From assembly GCA_039028615.1 (NCBI GenBank), contig JBCCHT010000039.1, positions 1 through 64,000 of the forward strand: 64,000 bases of DNA. Reading direction: 5' to 3'. The notes under the pieces are model-generated. The model saw only the letters and a program-made list of their open reading frames with translations. It was not told where the DNA came from and did no database searches. A program made the translations under genes and the position numbers. Numbering within the stretch: the first letter of the stretch is position 1; the number at the start of each line of letters is the position of its first letter. Shown here piece after piece: positions 18,543 to 28,753 of the stretch. The stretch is from Myxococcota bacterium (GTDB lineage Bacteria; Myxococcota_A; Polyangia; Nannocystales; Nannocystaceae).

Positions 18543-19873
18543 CACAGCGCCTCCTCCAGTCGGGCATCCGCGGCTTCGGCCTCGGCCCGCTGCTTGGCTC
18601 GGCGCGCATCGAAGACCGCCTGAGCCTCCTGGCCCGCGATCACCGTCGCGAAGTCGAGCCGCCACCGATCGACGACCTCGGTCCCGCGACGGATCTTCGA
18701 CACGGCATCGAAGTTCGACATCTCGTACTCCGCAAAGAAGAACACCAGCGTGCCGTCTTCTTCGAGCTCGAAGCGCCCCCAGACCTGATTGGAGTACGCC
18801 AGGTTGGCAAACTCGAGCACCGCCCCCCGACGCTCGGGAGGCACGGTGAGCCCCATGTCGCCGCGAAAGAACACGTTGCGCCGGTTGAACCGGACCACGT
18901 AGCGGGCGGGGCCCGCCTGGAAGCGGAACATCGGCCCGTTGCGCTCGTAGGGGATGAGCGACTCCTCCAGCACGGTCTCGAAGTGCACGTCCAGGTCGGG
19001 GTGCTCGAGCGCGGACTCGAGATCCGCCAAGGCGGGCGGCGCCTTCACCCGCGCGAGCCGATGCTCCGTGTACATGGCCAGCACCCGATCGGCGCTGTCC
19101 TGCGCGGGGTTGCGCCCGGTGGTGATGGCCTCCACCCGATGCTCGTTCATCAGCTTGTAGTGGCGCATGAACGCCAGCCTTCGCTTCTGCGGCTCGGTGG
19201 GCAGCTCGTCGAGCAACCCGGGTGGCGCCGCCTCGAGAAGCACCCGGTTGAACGCCTCGTAGTCGTCCATCCACCGCGGGGGCAGCTGCCCGGTGGCGAC
19301 CAAGTCGGCTGCGATCGCCACCTCGAAGTCGATCGCCCGCATCTCCTCGAGATACGCATTGTCCTCGCTCACATCACGGACCTGGGCAATGGCGTGGGCG
19401 AGCTCGTGCAGCAGCATCGCGAGCATGAAGGCGTCATAGGCCGCGCGAGCTTCGGCCGGACCTTCGAACGAGTCGGCATAGTCATGAAGCTCCCCGCGAT
19501 AGAACGCGGTCGAGACCACGGCGAGATGCTCGGTCATCGCCTGCTCTGGACCAATGAAGGGCGGACTGACGATGGTGCCGTCGCTGGCGAAGGGAATGGC
19601 CGCGTGGGTGTCGAGCTCGAGGGGGATGCCACCCGCCTCCGGCCACCCGCGCTGGACATAGGCCTGACGAGCCCACTCGAAGGCCTCGTACTCGTCGGTG
19701 AACGCGACCGACCCCTCTTGGCCGGCCAAGGGCAACGCGTACATCGCCACCAGCGGCGGATCGGGAGACACGGACGGCGCCTCGGGCGGGCGAGCACAGC
19801 CCACGGCCAACACCGCGAGCACGCCCGCGGCGGCCCCCGGCAGCCTGCGACGGCGTTTGAAGCTATTCGGCAT
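18542..19873 (-). CDS. Lipoprotein with HExxH motif and C-terminal YbjN-like domain
   Basis: LAVGC lipobox; LLHELAHAI with downstream EEMRA; C-terminal VPPERRGAVLEFAN...WGRFEL resembles YbjN/T3SS-chaperone fold proteins. Confidence 0.65.
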   Translation of the reverse strand: MPNSFKRRRRLPGAAAGVLAVLAVGCARPPEAPSVSPDPPLVAMYALPLAGQEGSVAFTDEYEAFEWARQAYVQRGWPEAGGIPLELDTHAAIPFASDGTIVSPPFIGPEQAMTEHLAVVSTAFYRGELHDYADSFEGPAEARAAYDAFMLAMLLHELAHAIAQVRDVSEDNAYLEEMRAIDFEVAIAADLVATGQLPPRWMDDYEAFNRVLLEAAPPGLLDELPTEPQKRRLAFMRHYKLMNEHRVEAITTGRNPAQDSADRVLAMYTEHRLARVKAPPALADLESALEHPDLDVHFETVLEESLIPYERNGPMFRFQAGPARYVVRFNRRNVFFRGDMGLTVPPERRGAVLEFANLAYSNQVWGRFELEEDGTLVFFFAEYEMSNFDAVSKIRRGTEVVDRWRLDFATVIAGQEAQAVFDARRAKQRAEAEAADARLEEAL

Positions 19874-20801
19874 CCCGCTCCTTCGGCTGTGCAGGGCCGT
19901 CACCGGTGGGATCGGCCGCGGGCGCATCGTCGGCCAGGGGCGCGCTCCCGCGGGGGCGAAGCCGTGACTGCCCCGAGAGTTTCCCGCGAACGACCTTCCC
20001 GGTGGGCGGCCCGAGTCTCATCTCCGCCGTCACGTTCATCTCCGAGCGCGGCACCCCGAGCGTGCCGGGCACGAGACGGATCGTACCGCGAAGGTCACTG
20101 CCCCCCTTGGCGCTGAAGTGGTCGGTCGAGTCCCCGCCGTAGACGGTCAGCACCGCTTCCTCTTCGCTCAGCGAGTCCAGCCGATACGTGCGCGCGTGCG
20201 AGACCTTGACGCCCCCGGTACGGTCGTCCCACTTCCAGGTCCAGCTCGCCCCCACGCCGATGGGCTCTTCGGGCACGGGCACCAACACCTCGACGAGCCA
20301 CCGCCTCACGTCGGCCATCCAGGCGTGCTTGGCTTCGTTGGCGGCATCGAGCGGGGGCGCACCGTCGAAACGCACGCGGTCGATCTCCTGCCACGCTCCG
20401 AGCGTGGCTCGACCCGAGTTCGGCAGGTCGTCGGCGTCGTCGATCCGGGTGCCTTTGATGTCGGAGACGGCAAAGCGCACCGCGACGGGCCCGTCGTTCT
20501 TGCCGTCGATGAACTCGAGCCGCACGGTCGCCGAGCCCTCGGTCGGCGTCCGAGCACTCGATCGCCAGTCGCTGCTCAGGGTCAGATCCTGGTCGTAGTC
20601 GATGGTCGCCTCGAGCGTGGCGCCGACCGACAACGCCGGGCGCAGCGCCATGCGAGGTTCTTCGCCGGTCATCAGCAGCTTGAAGTTCTTTTCAGTGGTG
20701 AACTTCGGCGGCGGCTCGTCCTTCTTGGACCGGTCGCCGCATGCGGGTGCACTCGCCAGCACGACGGCCCAGAGCACGCGACGAGCGAGACGCAACGACA
20801 T
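19863..20801 (-). CDS. Hypothetical lipoprotein (DUF6263-like)
   Basis: APAC lipobox; LLMTGEEPRMALR and VPEEPIGVGASW motifs. Confidence 0.7.
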   Translation of the reverse strand: MSLRLARRVLWAVVLASAPACGDRSKKDEPPPKFTTEKNFKLLMTGEEPRMALRPALSVGATLEATIDYDQDLTLSSDWRSSARTPTEGSATVRLEFIDGKNDGPVAVRFAVSDIKGTRIDDADDLPNSGRATLGAWQEIDRVRFDGAPPLDAANEAKHAWMADVRRWLVEVLVPVPEEPIGVGASWTWKWDDRTGGVKVSHARTYRLDSLSEEEAVLTVYGGDSTDHFSAKGGSDLRGTIRLVPGTLGVPRSEMNVTAEMRLGPPTGKVVRGKLSGQSRLRPRGSAPLADDAPAADPTGDGPAQPKERDAE

Positions 20802-20939
20802 GTACGCATGGTAGCAACGGAAGGCCCGCTACAGTGCGTTCTCGCGCTCCTGCATCCCCGACGACGTGTCGGTCCCATCCCTCGAAAAATTCCGGCCGAC
20901 TGATGATCCGAATCGACCGCGGGTGACTCTTGGGCAGAC

Positions 20940-22268
20940 GTGAATGCATCGCCGACTCTGTGGTGCCTCTCCGTGGTTGGACATCCCGACCCCAGTCGGC
21001 TGGGTGATCGTTTGCGCCTTCGGGCGGGCAGCGGCGTCGTACTCGGTCGCACACGCCCTTGCCTCGGCCCTCGCACCCTCGACCACCGCAGCGTTGCCCC
21101 CGCGCATGCGGTGGTCGAGGTCCGCGACGACGGCTCGGTCGGCCTGCACGGCCTCACCTCGACCTCGACCCGCGTCAACGGCGAGACGGTCGCCAGCCGC
21201 AGCCTCGAGATCGGCGACATCGTCAGCCTGGGCGACGTGCTCGTCCGCCTGCAACGCGACGAGCCCCTCGCGTCCGTGCCGACGTGCCCCGATCTGGCCG
21301 GCTCGGGCTCGACGCATGCGGCCTTGGTTCGAGCGCTGGAACGCGCCGCGCGTGACCATGGTTCGGTGGAGCTGTTTGGAGAGCCGGGCAGCGGGCGACA
21401 TCAGTGGACGACGGCGTTGCATCGTCGCCGTCGCCGACCGGGTCGGTTGGTGGTGTTGCACCGTGGCGCCGATCGATCGGCGCGCCCCGACAGCGAGCGC
21501 CTGGACGATGCCGCCGGAGGTACGGTGCTCCTCCGCGGCCTCGACGGGCTCCCGCCCCCCGAGCGTGCGCGGATGCTGGCTACCATCTCGCAGCGCGCCG
21601 CCACGTTGGATGCCGACCTCGTCGTGTCGTCGTCGCGCCCCTCGACCCACGCGCCATGGACGAGCGCGACCCATCGCGTCGACATCCCGCCGCTGCGAGA
21701 CCGTCGCGAGGACATCCCCGCCATCGCGGCCCACCTGGTGCGGCGACATCTCGGTCGGCCCGTCGCACTCCGCCCCGCGTCGACGCTGGAGATCATGCGC
21801 TACGAGTGGCCGGGCAACATCGCCGAGCTCGAAGCGTCGATCCGCCGCGCCGCCGCCCGCGACCCCGGCCATGGCGCCCTGAGGCTGCCGAACCCGTTCG
21901 AGACGCCCTGGCCCATCGCCGCGCCGCAGCCCTCGGCCTCCGCGGGCGTGCTTCAGCTGGGCCCCACGTGGTTTCGGCCGCCCGGCGCCACCGTGGTCGA
22001 GCTGAAGCGCCGTCGGGTGATCTGCCGGGTCTACGGGGCGCTGTACGAACGCCGGCTCACCCGCCCCGGCGAACCGGTGCTGCTCGGAGAGCTGCTCGCG
22101 GAAGGATGGCCGGGCGAGCGGGTCCTCGCCCGCTCGGGAGCCAACCGCGTCTATGTGGCCCTGACCACCCTTCGAAAGCTCGGCCTGCGGGGGGCCATCA
22201 TCCGCACCAAGCGGGGGTACCTGCTCGACCCGGAGCTCGAAGTCGGAGCCGAGGCCGCCGCCGCCTGA
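20940..22268 (+). CDS. FHA domain + degenerate sigma54-activator AAA+ + C-terminal winged-helix regulator
   Basis: LGR...SVAPAHA...TRVNG FHA; GEPGSGR; IPPLRDRREDIP; YEWPGNIAELE; GWPGE...NRVYVALTTLRKLG. Confidence 0.8.
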   Translation: MNASPTLWCLSVVGHPDPSRLGDRLRLRAGSGVVLGRTRPCLGPRTLDHRSVAPAHAVVEVRDDGSVGLHGLTSTSTRVNGETVASRSLEIGDIVSLGDVLVRLQRDEPLASVPTCPDLAGSGSTHAALVRALERAARDHGSVELFGEPGSGRHQWTTALHRRRRRPGRLVVLHRGADRSARPDSERLDDAAGGTVLLRGLDGLPPPERARMLATISQRAATLDADLVVSSSRPSTHAPWTSATHRVDIPPLRDRREDIPAIAAHLVRRHLGRPVALRPASTLEIMRYEWPGNIAELEASIRRAAARDPGHGALRLPNPFETPWPIAAPQPSASAGVLQLGPTWFRPPGATVVELKRRRVICRVYGALYERRLTRPGEPVLLGELLAEGWPGERVLARSGANRVYVALTTLRKLGLRGAIIRTKRGYLLDPELEVGAEAAAA

Positions 22269-22423
22269 CCGGCCGCAATGATGCCGGCCGCGCTCCTTCA
22301 CCGGATGCAACCGCCCGGCGACCGAAACACTTCCGTCACCGCATCGCGACCTCACGACCCGAGGCCCGACAAGACGGAGCGGATCTGTCGCGCCCCCGTG
22401 CAACCGCGACTACAATCCGGCGC

Positions 22424-23221
22424 ATGGGCTCCGTCACGTTCGAGACTTTCGATCCCACGCCGTACCAACGAGTCCCGCGACTCACCGTCGAAGGGGCGCT
22501 GGCCCTGGCCAAGGCGCTGCTCCAAGCCAAGCCGGCCGATGCCACCGAGCTGGCCCGCGTGGCCGACAAGCTCCAGCGACTCGTCGACGAGGTCCAGGGC
22601 GCGATCGCCAGCCGCGAGAACGAGGCCATGCCCATCGACTACACGATGCAGGTCGAGCTCGACGGCGTGACCGATGCGCTGTGGGGCACCCTGCGGGGCC
22701 GGCTCGACTCTTGGGCGGCGTTCGGACACCCCGGCCTCACCGACGTGATCGAAACCCTCGGTGACGATGCCGCCGCGCAGGCCTCCCTGACCGACGCGCA
22801 GCACAAGGCCTCGCAGGCTCGCGCGCTGGTCGGCCAGCTCTTCGGCGCCGACGGCCTCAAGTTCACCCAGACCACCTTCGCCGAGCAGGCCCGCACGATG
22901 GCCGGCATCCTCGAGCTCATCGACCAAGAGGGCATCGGCAGCCAGCTCGACGCGCTCGTGGGTACCGAGGTGCTCGCCGGTCTGCGTGCCTGCCAGCGGC
23001 AGTACGTAGCCATGGTCGAGGGGCGCATGGCCGGGGCGGAGCGCAAGTCGGCCGACCTCGTCGGTCTGCGCGGCAAGCTCCAGCGGGCCATCACTCGCTA
23101 CAACAGCGCCGTGCTGCTGATCCTCGACGAAGACGAGCCCGCCTCTCTCGACCGGGTGATCGCGGCGCTTCAGCCGGTCATCGATTCGAACAGTGACAGT
23201 CCGAATCAGGACGCAGGCTGA
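22424..23221 (+). CDS. Hypothetical helical protein
   Basis: ATG (MGSVTFETFDP); 265 aa with strong GC3 codon bias. Confidence 0.7.
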   Translation: MGSVTFETFDPTPYQRVPRLTVEGALALAKALLQAKPADATELARVADKLQRLVDEVQGAIASRENEAMPIDYTMQVELDGVTDALWGTLRGRLDSWAAFGHPGLTDVIETLGDDAAAQASLTDAQHKASQARALVGQLFGADGLKFTQTTFAEQARTMAGILELIDQEGIGSQLDALVGTEVLAGLRACQRQYVAMVEGRMAGAERKSADLVGLRGKLQRAITRYNSAVLLILDEDEPASLDRVIAALQPVIDSNSDSPNQDAG

Positions 23222-23234
23222 CGTCAAACCTCAC

Positions 23235-23261
23235 CCGGCTGGCCAGCCCATGGCCAGCCGG
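23235..23261 (+). terminator. Perfect 11-bp-stem hairpin downstream of CDS
   Basis: CCGGCTGGCCA-gccca-TGGCCAGCCGG. Confidence 0.55.
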
Positions 23262-23383
23262 AATAGTGACTGGCACGACCGGTTGGCCCAAACGAGATAG
23301 AAGAGGGCCCATCGTCGATCGATTCGACACACCGCTCAATTGGAAGGGAACGATTTCACACTAAGGAGCAGTAGGAAGCGCCA

Positions 23384-23785
23384 GTGCACGAACACTCATC
23401 GACCTCGATCGCGACCCGACGAATCTCGCCGGGGTCATGGCCTCGACTCGTCGCCACATCGATCGTCCTGCTCAACGCCTTCGATGCGTTGCTCACCCTC
23501 GTCTGGGTGCACGCCGACGTCGCCGAAGAGGCCAACGAGCTATGGGGCGACATGGTGAAGCAACAGCCGCTGGGGTTCTTGCTCCTCAAGCTGCTGGTCG
23601 TCACCGCCGGGGTCTGGTTCCTGCACCGCGTGCGCCACCATCGACTCGCGCGGGTCGGCCTCGTGCTCGCCTTTGCCGCCTACGCCATCGTCTTGGCGTG
23701 GCACCTGACCATCGCGGCCATCGTCCACGGGGCACCGCCCCCGCCGCCCCCCGGGCTCGAGTTCGGCGGTCTACAGGCGGTTTGA
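23384..23785 (+). CDS. DUF5658-like small membrane protein
   Basis: LNAFDALLT...AEEAN...FLLLK motif; 3 TM segments. Confidence 0.75.
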   Translation: MHEHSSTSIATRRISPGSWPRLVATSIVLLNAFDALLTLVWVHADVAEEANELWGDMVKQQPLGFLLLKLLVVTAGVWFLHRVRHHRLARVGLVLAFAAYAIVLAWHLTIAAIVHGAPPPPPPGLEFGGLQAV

Positions 23786-23819
23786 ATCATCGCCGGCGTG
23801 ATGGCTACGCTTCGGGTGC

Positions 23820-25841
23820 ATGTCCGAGCCGAGTCTGCTGACGCAACGCTGCGCCCGAGCGCTGGAGGACCTCGAGCCCGAAGAGGACATCCTCGAGCTC
23901 ATCGACGAAGGCGCCGAGCTCGAGCAGCTGCTGCCGTGCTTTCGCTACGCGGTGGAGATCGGAGGCGAAGAGCTGGTCCGTCACTTCCTCGATGCAGGGG
24001 CCGAGCCCGACGCTCCGCTCGATGACGACGATGACGACGACGGCGACGAGTCGGCGCTCTCGTTGGCGGCACGGCTCGACTCGCCCGAGATCGTGGGCAT
24101 ACTGCTCGAGCAGACGTCCTCGCACGACCGACAGACCCTGCGGGAGCCGCTGCGAGCGGCCATCGAGCACGGCAGCTACGAGTCGGCCGCCTTGCTCGCC
24201 CGCACGATGACGCACGAAGTTCGCCGAGGGGGCGCCGGTCCGCTCGCGCTCGACGACACGAATCGATCGGCCGCCAAGGCCGACGACTTCAAGCCGCTGG
24301 TGCTCGTCGCGTACTACGGCTGGGACACCGTGGCGCGGAGCTTGATCGCCCGCGGGCACTCGGCGGACGAGCGGGCCCGCATGGTCGACCGCGAAACGCA
24401 GAGCACCTACGAGGACGTCCCGGCCCTCGTGGCCGCCGCCATGGCGGGTCACCTGTCGATGGTCGAGCTACTGCTCGCGGCCGGAGCCGATGCCAGTGTC
24501 ACCGATGACGGAGGGCGCACGGCGGTGGACTACGCCAGGGACCACGGCAACCGGACCATGCAGCGGCGACTCGCGGGTGACGATCGCGAGGAGCCGTCGG
24601 TCGACACCCTGCATCGCGCAGCCCAGCGGGGCGACCTACAGGAGGTCCAGCGAGCCATCGAGGCGGGGGTGGACGTCGATGGCACGATGGACCAAGGCCC
24701 GAGCCGAGACCACAGCGCGCTGAGTCTCGCCGCTGGCGCGGGCCAGAGCGAGGCTGTCGACGCGCTGCTGCGAGCCGGGGCCAGCCCCGACCATCCGCCT
24801 CGGCATCCGCCCCTGGTCGAAGCATCGAGCGAAGGGCATGTCGAGGTCGTGCGGACTCTGCTGCGTGCCGGGGCTGCTCTGCAAGCACGCAATCTCGAGG
24901 GTGACGACGCGCTCTTCTGCGCCGTGGGGGCCGATGAGGCCGAGACTGCCCTCGTCCTGATCGAAGCGGGCGCCGACGTGGATGCCTTCGATCTCGAGGG
25001 CCAGACCCCGCTCGCGATCGCGTCGTCGTACGGCACGAAGCCCGTGGTCGAGGCCCTGCTGCTGTACGGCGCCGACCCTCGGGCCATCGATCGCGAGGGC
25101 GAGTCGATCCTCGAGCGCCTGAACCCAGGCGCAAACCGAGAGTTGTACGCATTGATTGAACAGGCCGCTGCCAAAGCCGACGCCGCGGGACGGCCCATCA
25201 CCGATGGGCACCCCTGTCGCCAACGCATGGCGAACATGAAACGGGAAATGCAGGCGGTCGATCTGCGGCGCTACGATTGCGACGACGTCTTCGCCCGCCT
25301 GCAGGAAAGGCTCTCGACCTCGGGTTTTCAGAAGGTCGCCGAGCAGCTACACCGCGAACTTGGCGCAAAGCCGCAACCGCTGTCGTCGCTCGCCGCGGGC
25401 TACCGAGTGCCGGGGCTCGCCTTCCAGATCCCGCGGATGCTCGATGTCGCCGAGCTGGTCGAGCGCCATACCAGCCCCGATGCCCTCTTGTTCGGCCTGA
25501 GCGAGGGCCGATACGCGGGGCGGACCACGCTGGCCTTGCTCGCCACCCACGACCCCCTGGAGGCCATCAGCGCGTTCGCCCCCGCCGGGCCCAACGACGA
25601 CGTCAGCGACGAAGACGTCTTGCGCTGGGCCGTGCACGTGTACCGGGCTCATCCCTTTCGCCTCACCTACCTGCACCACGACTTGCTGGAGGGCACCTTC
25701 ACCGACGACCTGCCCGATCCCGAGTTCATGGCCCAACGCGTCTACGAGATCTGCCCCGATGCCGTCGGTCAGGCCGCGGGGAGCATCGAGGCCGTGGCCG
25801 AGAGCCTGGCCAAGCGGCGCCTGGCGCTGTGGTGGGACTGA
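23820..25841 (+). CDS. Ankyrin-repeat protein with C-terminal DUF4253-like domain
   Basis: Multiple G.TPL..A...G....V..LL..GAD repeats; C-terminal GPND...CPDAV.Q...LALWWD. Confidence 0.88.
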   Translation: MSEPSLLTQRCARALEDLEPEEDILELIDEGAELEQLLPCFRYAVEIGGEELVRHFLDAGAEPDAPLDDDDDDDGDESALSLAARLDSPEIVGILLEQTSSHDRQTLREPLRAAIEHGSYESAALLARTMTHEVRRGGAGPLALDDTNRSAAKADDFKPLVLVAYYGWDTVARSLIARGHSADERARMVDRETQSTYEDVPALVAAAMAGHLSMVELLLAAGADASVTDDGGRTAVDYARDHGNRTMQRRLAGDDREEPSVDTLHRAAQRGDLQEVQRAIEAGVDVDGTMDQGPSRDHSALSLAAGAGQSEAVDALLRAGASPDHPPRHPPLVEASSEGHVEVVRTLLRAGAALQARNLEGDDALFCAVGADEAETALVLIEAGADVDAFDLEGQTPLAIASSYGTKPVVEALLLYGADPRAIDREGESILERLNPGANRELYALIEQAAAKADAAGRPITDGHPCRQRMANMKREMQAVDLRRYDCDDVFARLQERLSTSGFQKVAEQLHRELGAKPQPLSSLAAGYRVPGLAFQIPRMLDVAELVERHTSPDALLFGLSEGRYAGRTTLALLATHDPLEAISAFAPAGPNDDVSDEDVLRWAVHVYRAHPFRLTYLHHDLLEGTFTDDLPDPEFMAQRVYEICPDAVGQAAGSIEAVAESLAKRRLALWWD

Positions 25842-25864
25842 CCGGGGCCGAGACTCGCAGACTA

Positions 25865-25958
25865 AAGCTCATCTCAAAAACCCTCGTGGGGTGGACAACG
25901 CGGCCCCCCGTCGACGGGGGCCGCGTTATCGCCTCGCGAGGGGTTTTGAGATGAGCTT
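25865..25958. repeat. 94-bp long palindrome (REP/MITE-like; may act as a bidirectional terminator)
   Basis: AAGCTCATCTCAAAA...TTTTGAGATGAGCTT perfect 15-bp ends; imperfect inner arm; CGTCGACG centre; lies between convergent genes. Confidence 0.8.
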
Positions 25959-28747
25959 CAGCCCCCCTTCGCGGGGGCCGGCAACTCCTCGGGCCTCAAC
26001 GCCTCCTCGAGTCGCGCGATGACGGTGTCGAGCTTGTTCACCCGCCCCACGTTGGCTTGGGCAAACGACGGCAGCCGATCGCGAGAGCGACGCGCATGCT
26101 CCAGCGCTTCCTTCAGGTTGCCGCGACGCTCCTCGATGCGCGCCATGATGAACTCGAGGTGACACCCGGTGTTGATGTCCTTGTTCTTCTCGAACATCGC
26201 GACCGCGACGTCCCAGGCCTCTTCGTCGCGATCGAGCCGTATCAGCGCGTTGGCGAGCCCGAGGCCGACGAAGCCATCGGGCTCGGTGTCGGGACCGACC
26301 AGGTCGTTGGCCCGGTGAAAGATCTCGATGGCCTCCTCGTGCTGGCCAGACGACGACAAGGCGTTGCCCAGCTGCCCGAGGTAGCGCGATCGCTCCTGCG
26401 CCGGTCGTTCCGCGCTGCGGGCATCGGTCACCAAGCGACGGGCCTGCTCGAGCTCGCGCGGCCGATCGGCGACGCCTCGCAGCGACTGCACCCAGGTGGC
26501 TCGCGCGGCGATGGTCTCACGGTGCTCCGGCCCGTGCACGCGCTCCATGGTGGCCACCGCTGGCTCGAGCAACGCACAGGCGGCCTCCGACTCGCCCCGC
26601 ACGGCCAGAAACCGCCCCAGGTTGTTACGCGCGCGCGCCAGCCGAGGGTGATCGGGCTCGAGCGTCTCCTCGAGGATGCTCATGCCCGCGCCCAGCTGCT
26701 CGAGCGCCTGCTCCTGCTCGTCGCTCACCGCCAGCGCCACGCCGTAGTTGTTGTGGGCCACGGCCAGCCACGGGTGCCGATCTCCGAGCAAGGTCTGGCG
26801 GATCTTCAACGCTTCGGCGAACAGCTCCAGCGCCTCGGCCCGCTTGTCGGTGTGCAGCTTGGCGCGACCCAGCCCCTCGAGCGAGTTGGCCAGCGGCAAC
26901 GAGGCCCGACCGCTGCTGCGGCGGATCGCCAGCGCCCGCTCGTTGAGCTCGAGCCACGACGCGATCTGGTCCGTCTCGAGCGCATGCTCGGCGCGGGCGG
27001 TGAGCAGCTGGGCGAGCGCCTCTTGCCGCGGCGAGCCCCGGCTCATCAGCGACTGCGCGGTGCGATCCCAAAAGTCGGCGGCCGTCGGATCGGGGCGCCC
27101 CCGAATCGTCACCAGCAGCAGGTTCACCGCGGCATCACGGGCGGTGTCGTCGTCCCCCGCTTCGATCGCGCCGTAGTACGCCGCCTCGAGGTGCTCTTGG
27201 CCTTCCTCGTGCTGCGCCAGCTCGATGTGGGCCTGCCCCTGTTCGAACTGGGCCCGCGCGATGAAGCGCTCCGCCTCGGCATCCCGGGCGGCCTCGACCG
27301 CCCGCCGGGACAGCTGCAGCGCGTCGTCGAAGCGACCGGCGTAGCGATGAGCCTGCGCCGACGCGATGCGAGACTCGAGCCGACGCCAGGTCCCCTCGTC
27401 GTAGGTGGTCGGCAACCCGGGCCAGCTCAGGCACTCGCTGGGGTGCGGGAGCGACTCGGCCGCTCGCACCGCGTACTCGGCCATCGACGGATCCGCCTGG
27501 GCGAGCACCGTCGTCAACGCATCGAACTGCATGCGCGCCCGCTGCAGGCACTCGTCCACCCCCTGGAACTCGGTACGACGGATCGGCCGCGAGTCGGCCA
27601 TGCCCTCGCAGACCTGCGCCCGCGTGTCGGTCAGCTCGCCTTCGTAGTCGGAGAGTATCTGGTCGACCTGCATCGCGGTGGAATCGGTGAAGGGCTCGGG
27701 CGCCTCGTCGAGAGCTCGCCGCACCCGCTCGGCTTCACCGATGGACCACAGCGTCGTCTCGGCCTCGGGACACGGGGTCTGCACCGCGGGCGCGAAGGCC
27801 AGTGCCGTACCGCCGACCCCGGCCAGCAGCGACAACGCGGGCAACCATCGCCGGGCCCGGCCGCGCCCCTCGATCGCTGCGATCAGGGCATCGACCGACG
27901 GATAGCGAGCGCTCGGGTCGGCCGACATCCCCCGCGCCAGCGCTCGGTACACGCGACGAGGCACGCCCGCGACCTTGGGCGGCGCCAGCACTCGCCCCGC
28001 CTCCTTGGCTTCGAGCAGCTCTTCGTGGGTCTCGCCCGCGAAGGGATAGCGCCCGTACAGCGCCCGATACAGCGCCACACAGACCGCGAACTGGTCGGCC
28101 GTGGCCCCGCTCGGCTCGGCCCGATGCTGCTCGGGCGCCATATAGGGCAGGGTGCCCGTACGCCGCGGGGCTTGCTCGGCATCGGCCCGACAGGCGAGCC
28201 CAAAGTCCATGACCAGCACGCGCCCCGTCTTGGAGACGAGCACGTTGTCGAGCTTGAAGTCGCGGTGGATGAGGCCCTGGCCGTGCGCGTGGGCCAGGCC
28301 GCGAGCCGCCTGCACCGCGACGTCGATGACCTCCGCCGGGGTCGGCCGGGCCCGCGCCAGCCACCGTCGCATCGAGCCGCCATCGACCAGCTCCATCACG
28401 ATGAAGGAACGACCGCGATCGGTGCCCGCGTCGTAGACGGTGAGGATGTTGGGATGACTCAGCTCGGCCAGCGCCTGCGCCTCGCGGGCCAGCGCCTCGG
28501 GATCGTTGACCCCGCGCCACAGCACCTTGAGTGCCACCTGCCGATCGAGCACGTCGTCGTGGGCCTCGTAGACGACCCCACCGCCGCCCATGCCCAAGCG
28601 CTTGATCACCCGATAGCGATCGAAACGAATCCCGGGGCGGATCTGGCCGACGCCGCCCCAGTCCTCGTCACGTGCCTCTCGGGCGCCGCTTTGCTGCGTC
28701 GTGGATCGCTCGGGGTCGACGACGCCCCGCGTGTTCGAGTGTTCCAT
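25958..28747 (-). CDS. Ser/Thr protein kinase with TM segment and TPR repeats
   Basis: GMGGGG, VALK, HRDFKLDN, DFG and GTLPYMAPE motifs; kinesin-light-chain-like TPRs (LGDRHPWLAVAHNNYG). Confidence 0.93.
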   Translation of the reverse strand: MEHSNTRGVVDPERSTTQQSGAREARDEDWGGVGQIRPGIRFDRYRVIKRLGMGGGGVVYEAHDDVLDRQVALKVLWRGVNDPEALAREAQALAELSHPNILTVYDAGTDRGRSFIVMELVDGGSMRRWLARARPTPAEVIDVAVQAARGLAHAHGQGLIHRDFKLDNVLVSKTGRVLVMDFGLACRADAEQAPRRTGTLPYMAPEQHRAEPSGATADQFAVCVALYRALYGRYPFAGETHEELLEAKEAGRVLAPPKVAGVPRRVYRALARGMSADPSARYPSVDALIAAIEGRGRARRWLPALSLLAGVGGTALAFAPAVQTPCPEAETTLWSIGEAERVRRALDEAPEPFTDSTAMQVDQILSDYEGELTDTRAQVCEGMADSRPIRRTEFQGVDECLQRARMQFDALTTVLAQADPSMAEYAVRAAESLPHPSECLSWPGLPTTYDEGTWRRLESRIASAQAHRYAGRFDDALQLSRRAVEAARDAEAERFIARAQFEQGQAHIELAQHEEGQEHLEAAYYGAIEAGDDDTARDAAVNLLLVTIRGRPDPTAADFWDRTAQSLMSRGSPRQEALAQLLTARAEHALETDQIASWLELNERALAIRRSSGRASLPLANSLEGLGRAKLHTDKRAEALELFAEALKIRQTLLGDRHPWLAVAHNNYGVALAVSDEQEQALEQLGAGMSILEETLEPDHPRLARARNNLGRFLAVRGESEAACALLEPAVATMERVHGPEHRETIAARATWVQSLRGVADRPRELEQARRLVTDARSAERPAQERSRYLGQLGNALSSSGQHEEAIEIFHRANDLVGPDTEPDGFVGLGLANALIRLDRDEEAWDVAVAMFEKNKDINTGCHLEFIMARIEERRGNLKEALEHARRSRDRLPSFAQANVGRVNKLDTVIARLEEALRPEELPAPAKGG

Positions 28748-28753
28748 CGCGAC

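Noticed and set aside
21404..22423. Upstream part of the 605-aa ORF
   Set aside because: Off-frame overlap with the FHA regulator; protein-like sequence begins at 22424.
23271..23287. TGGCACG sigma54-like site
   Set aside because: No GC at the required GG-N10-GC spacing.
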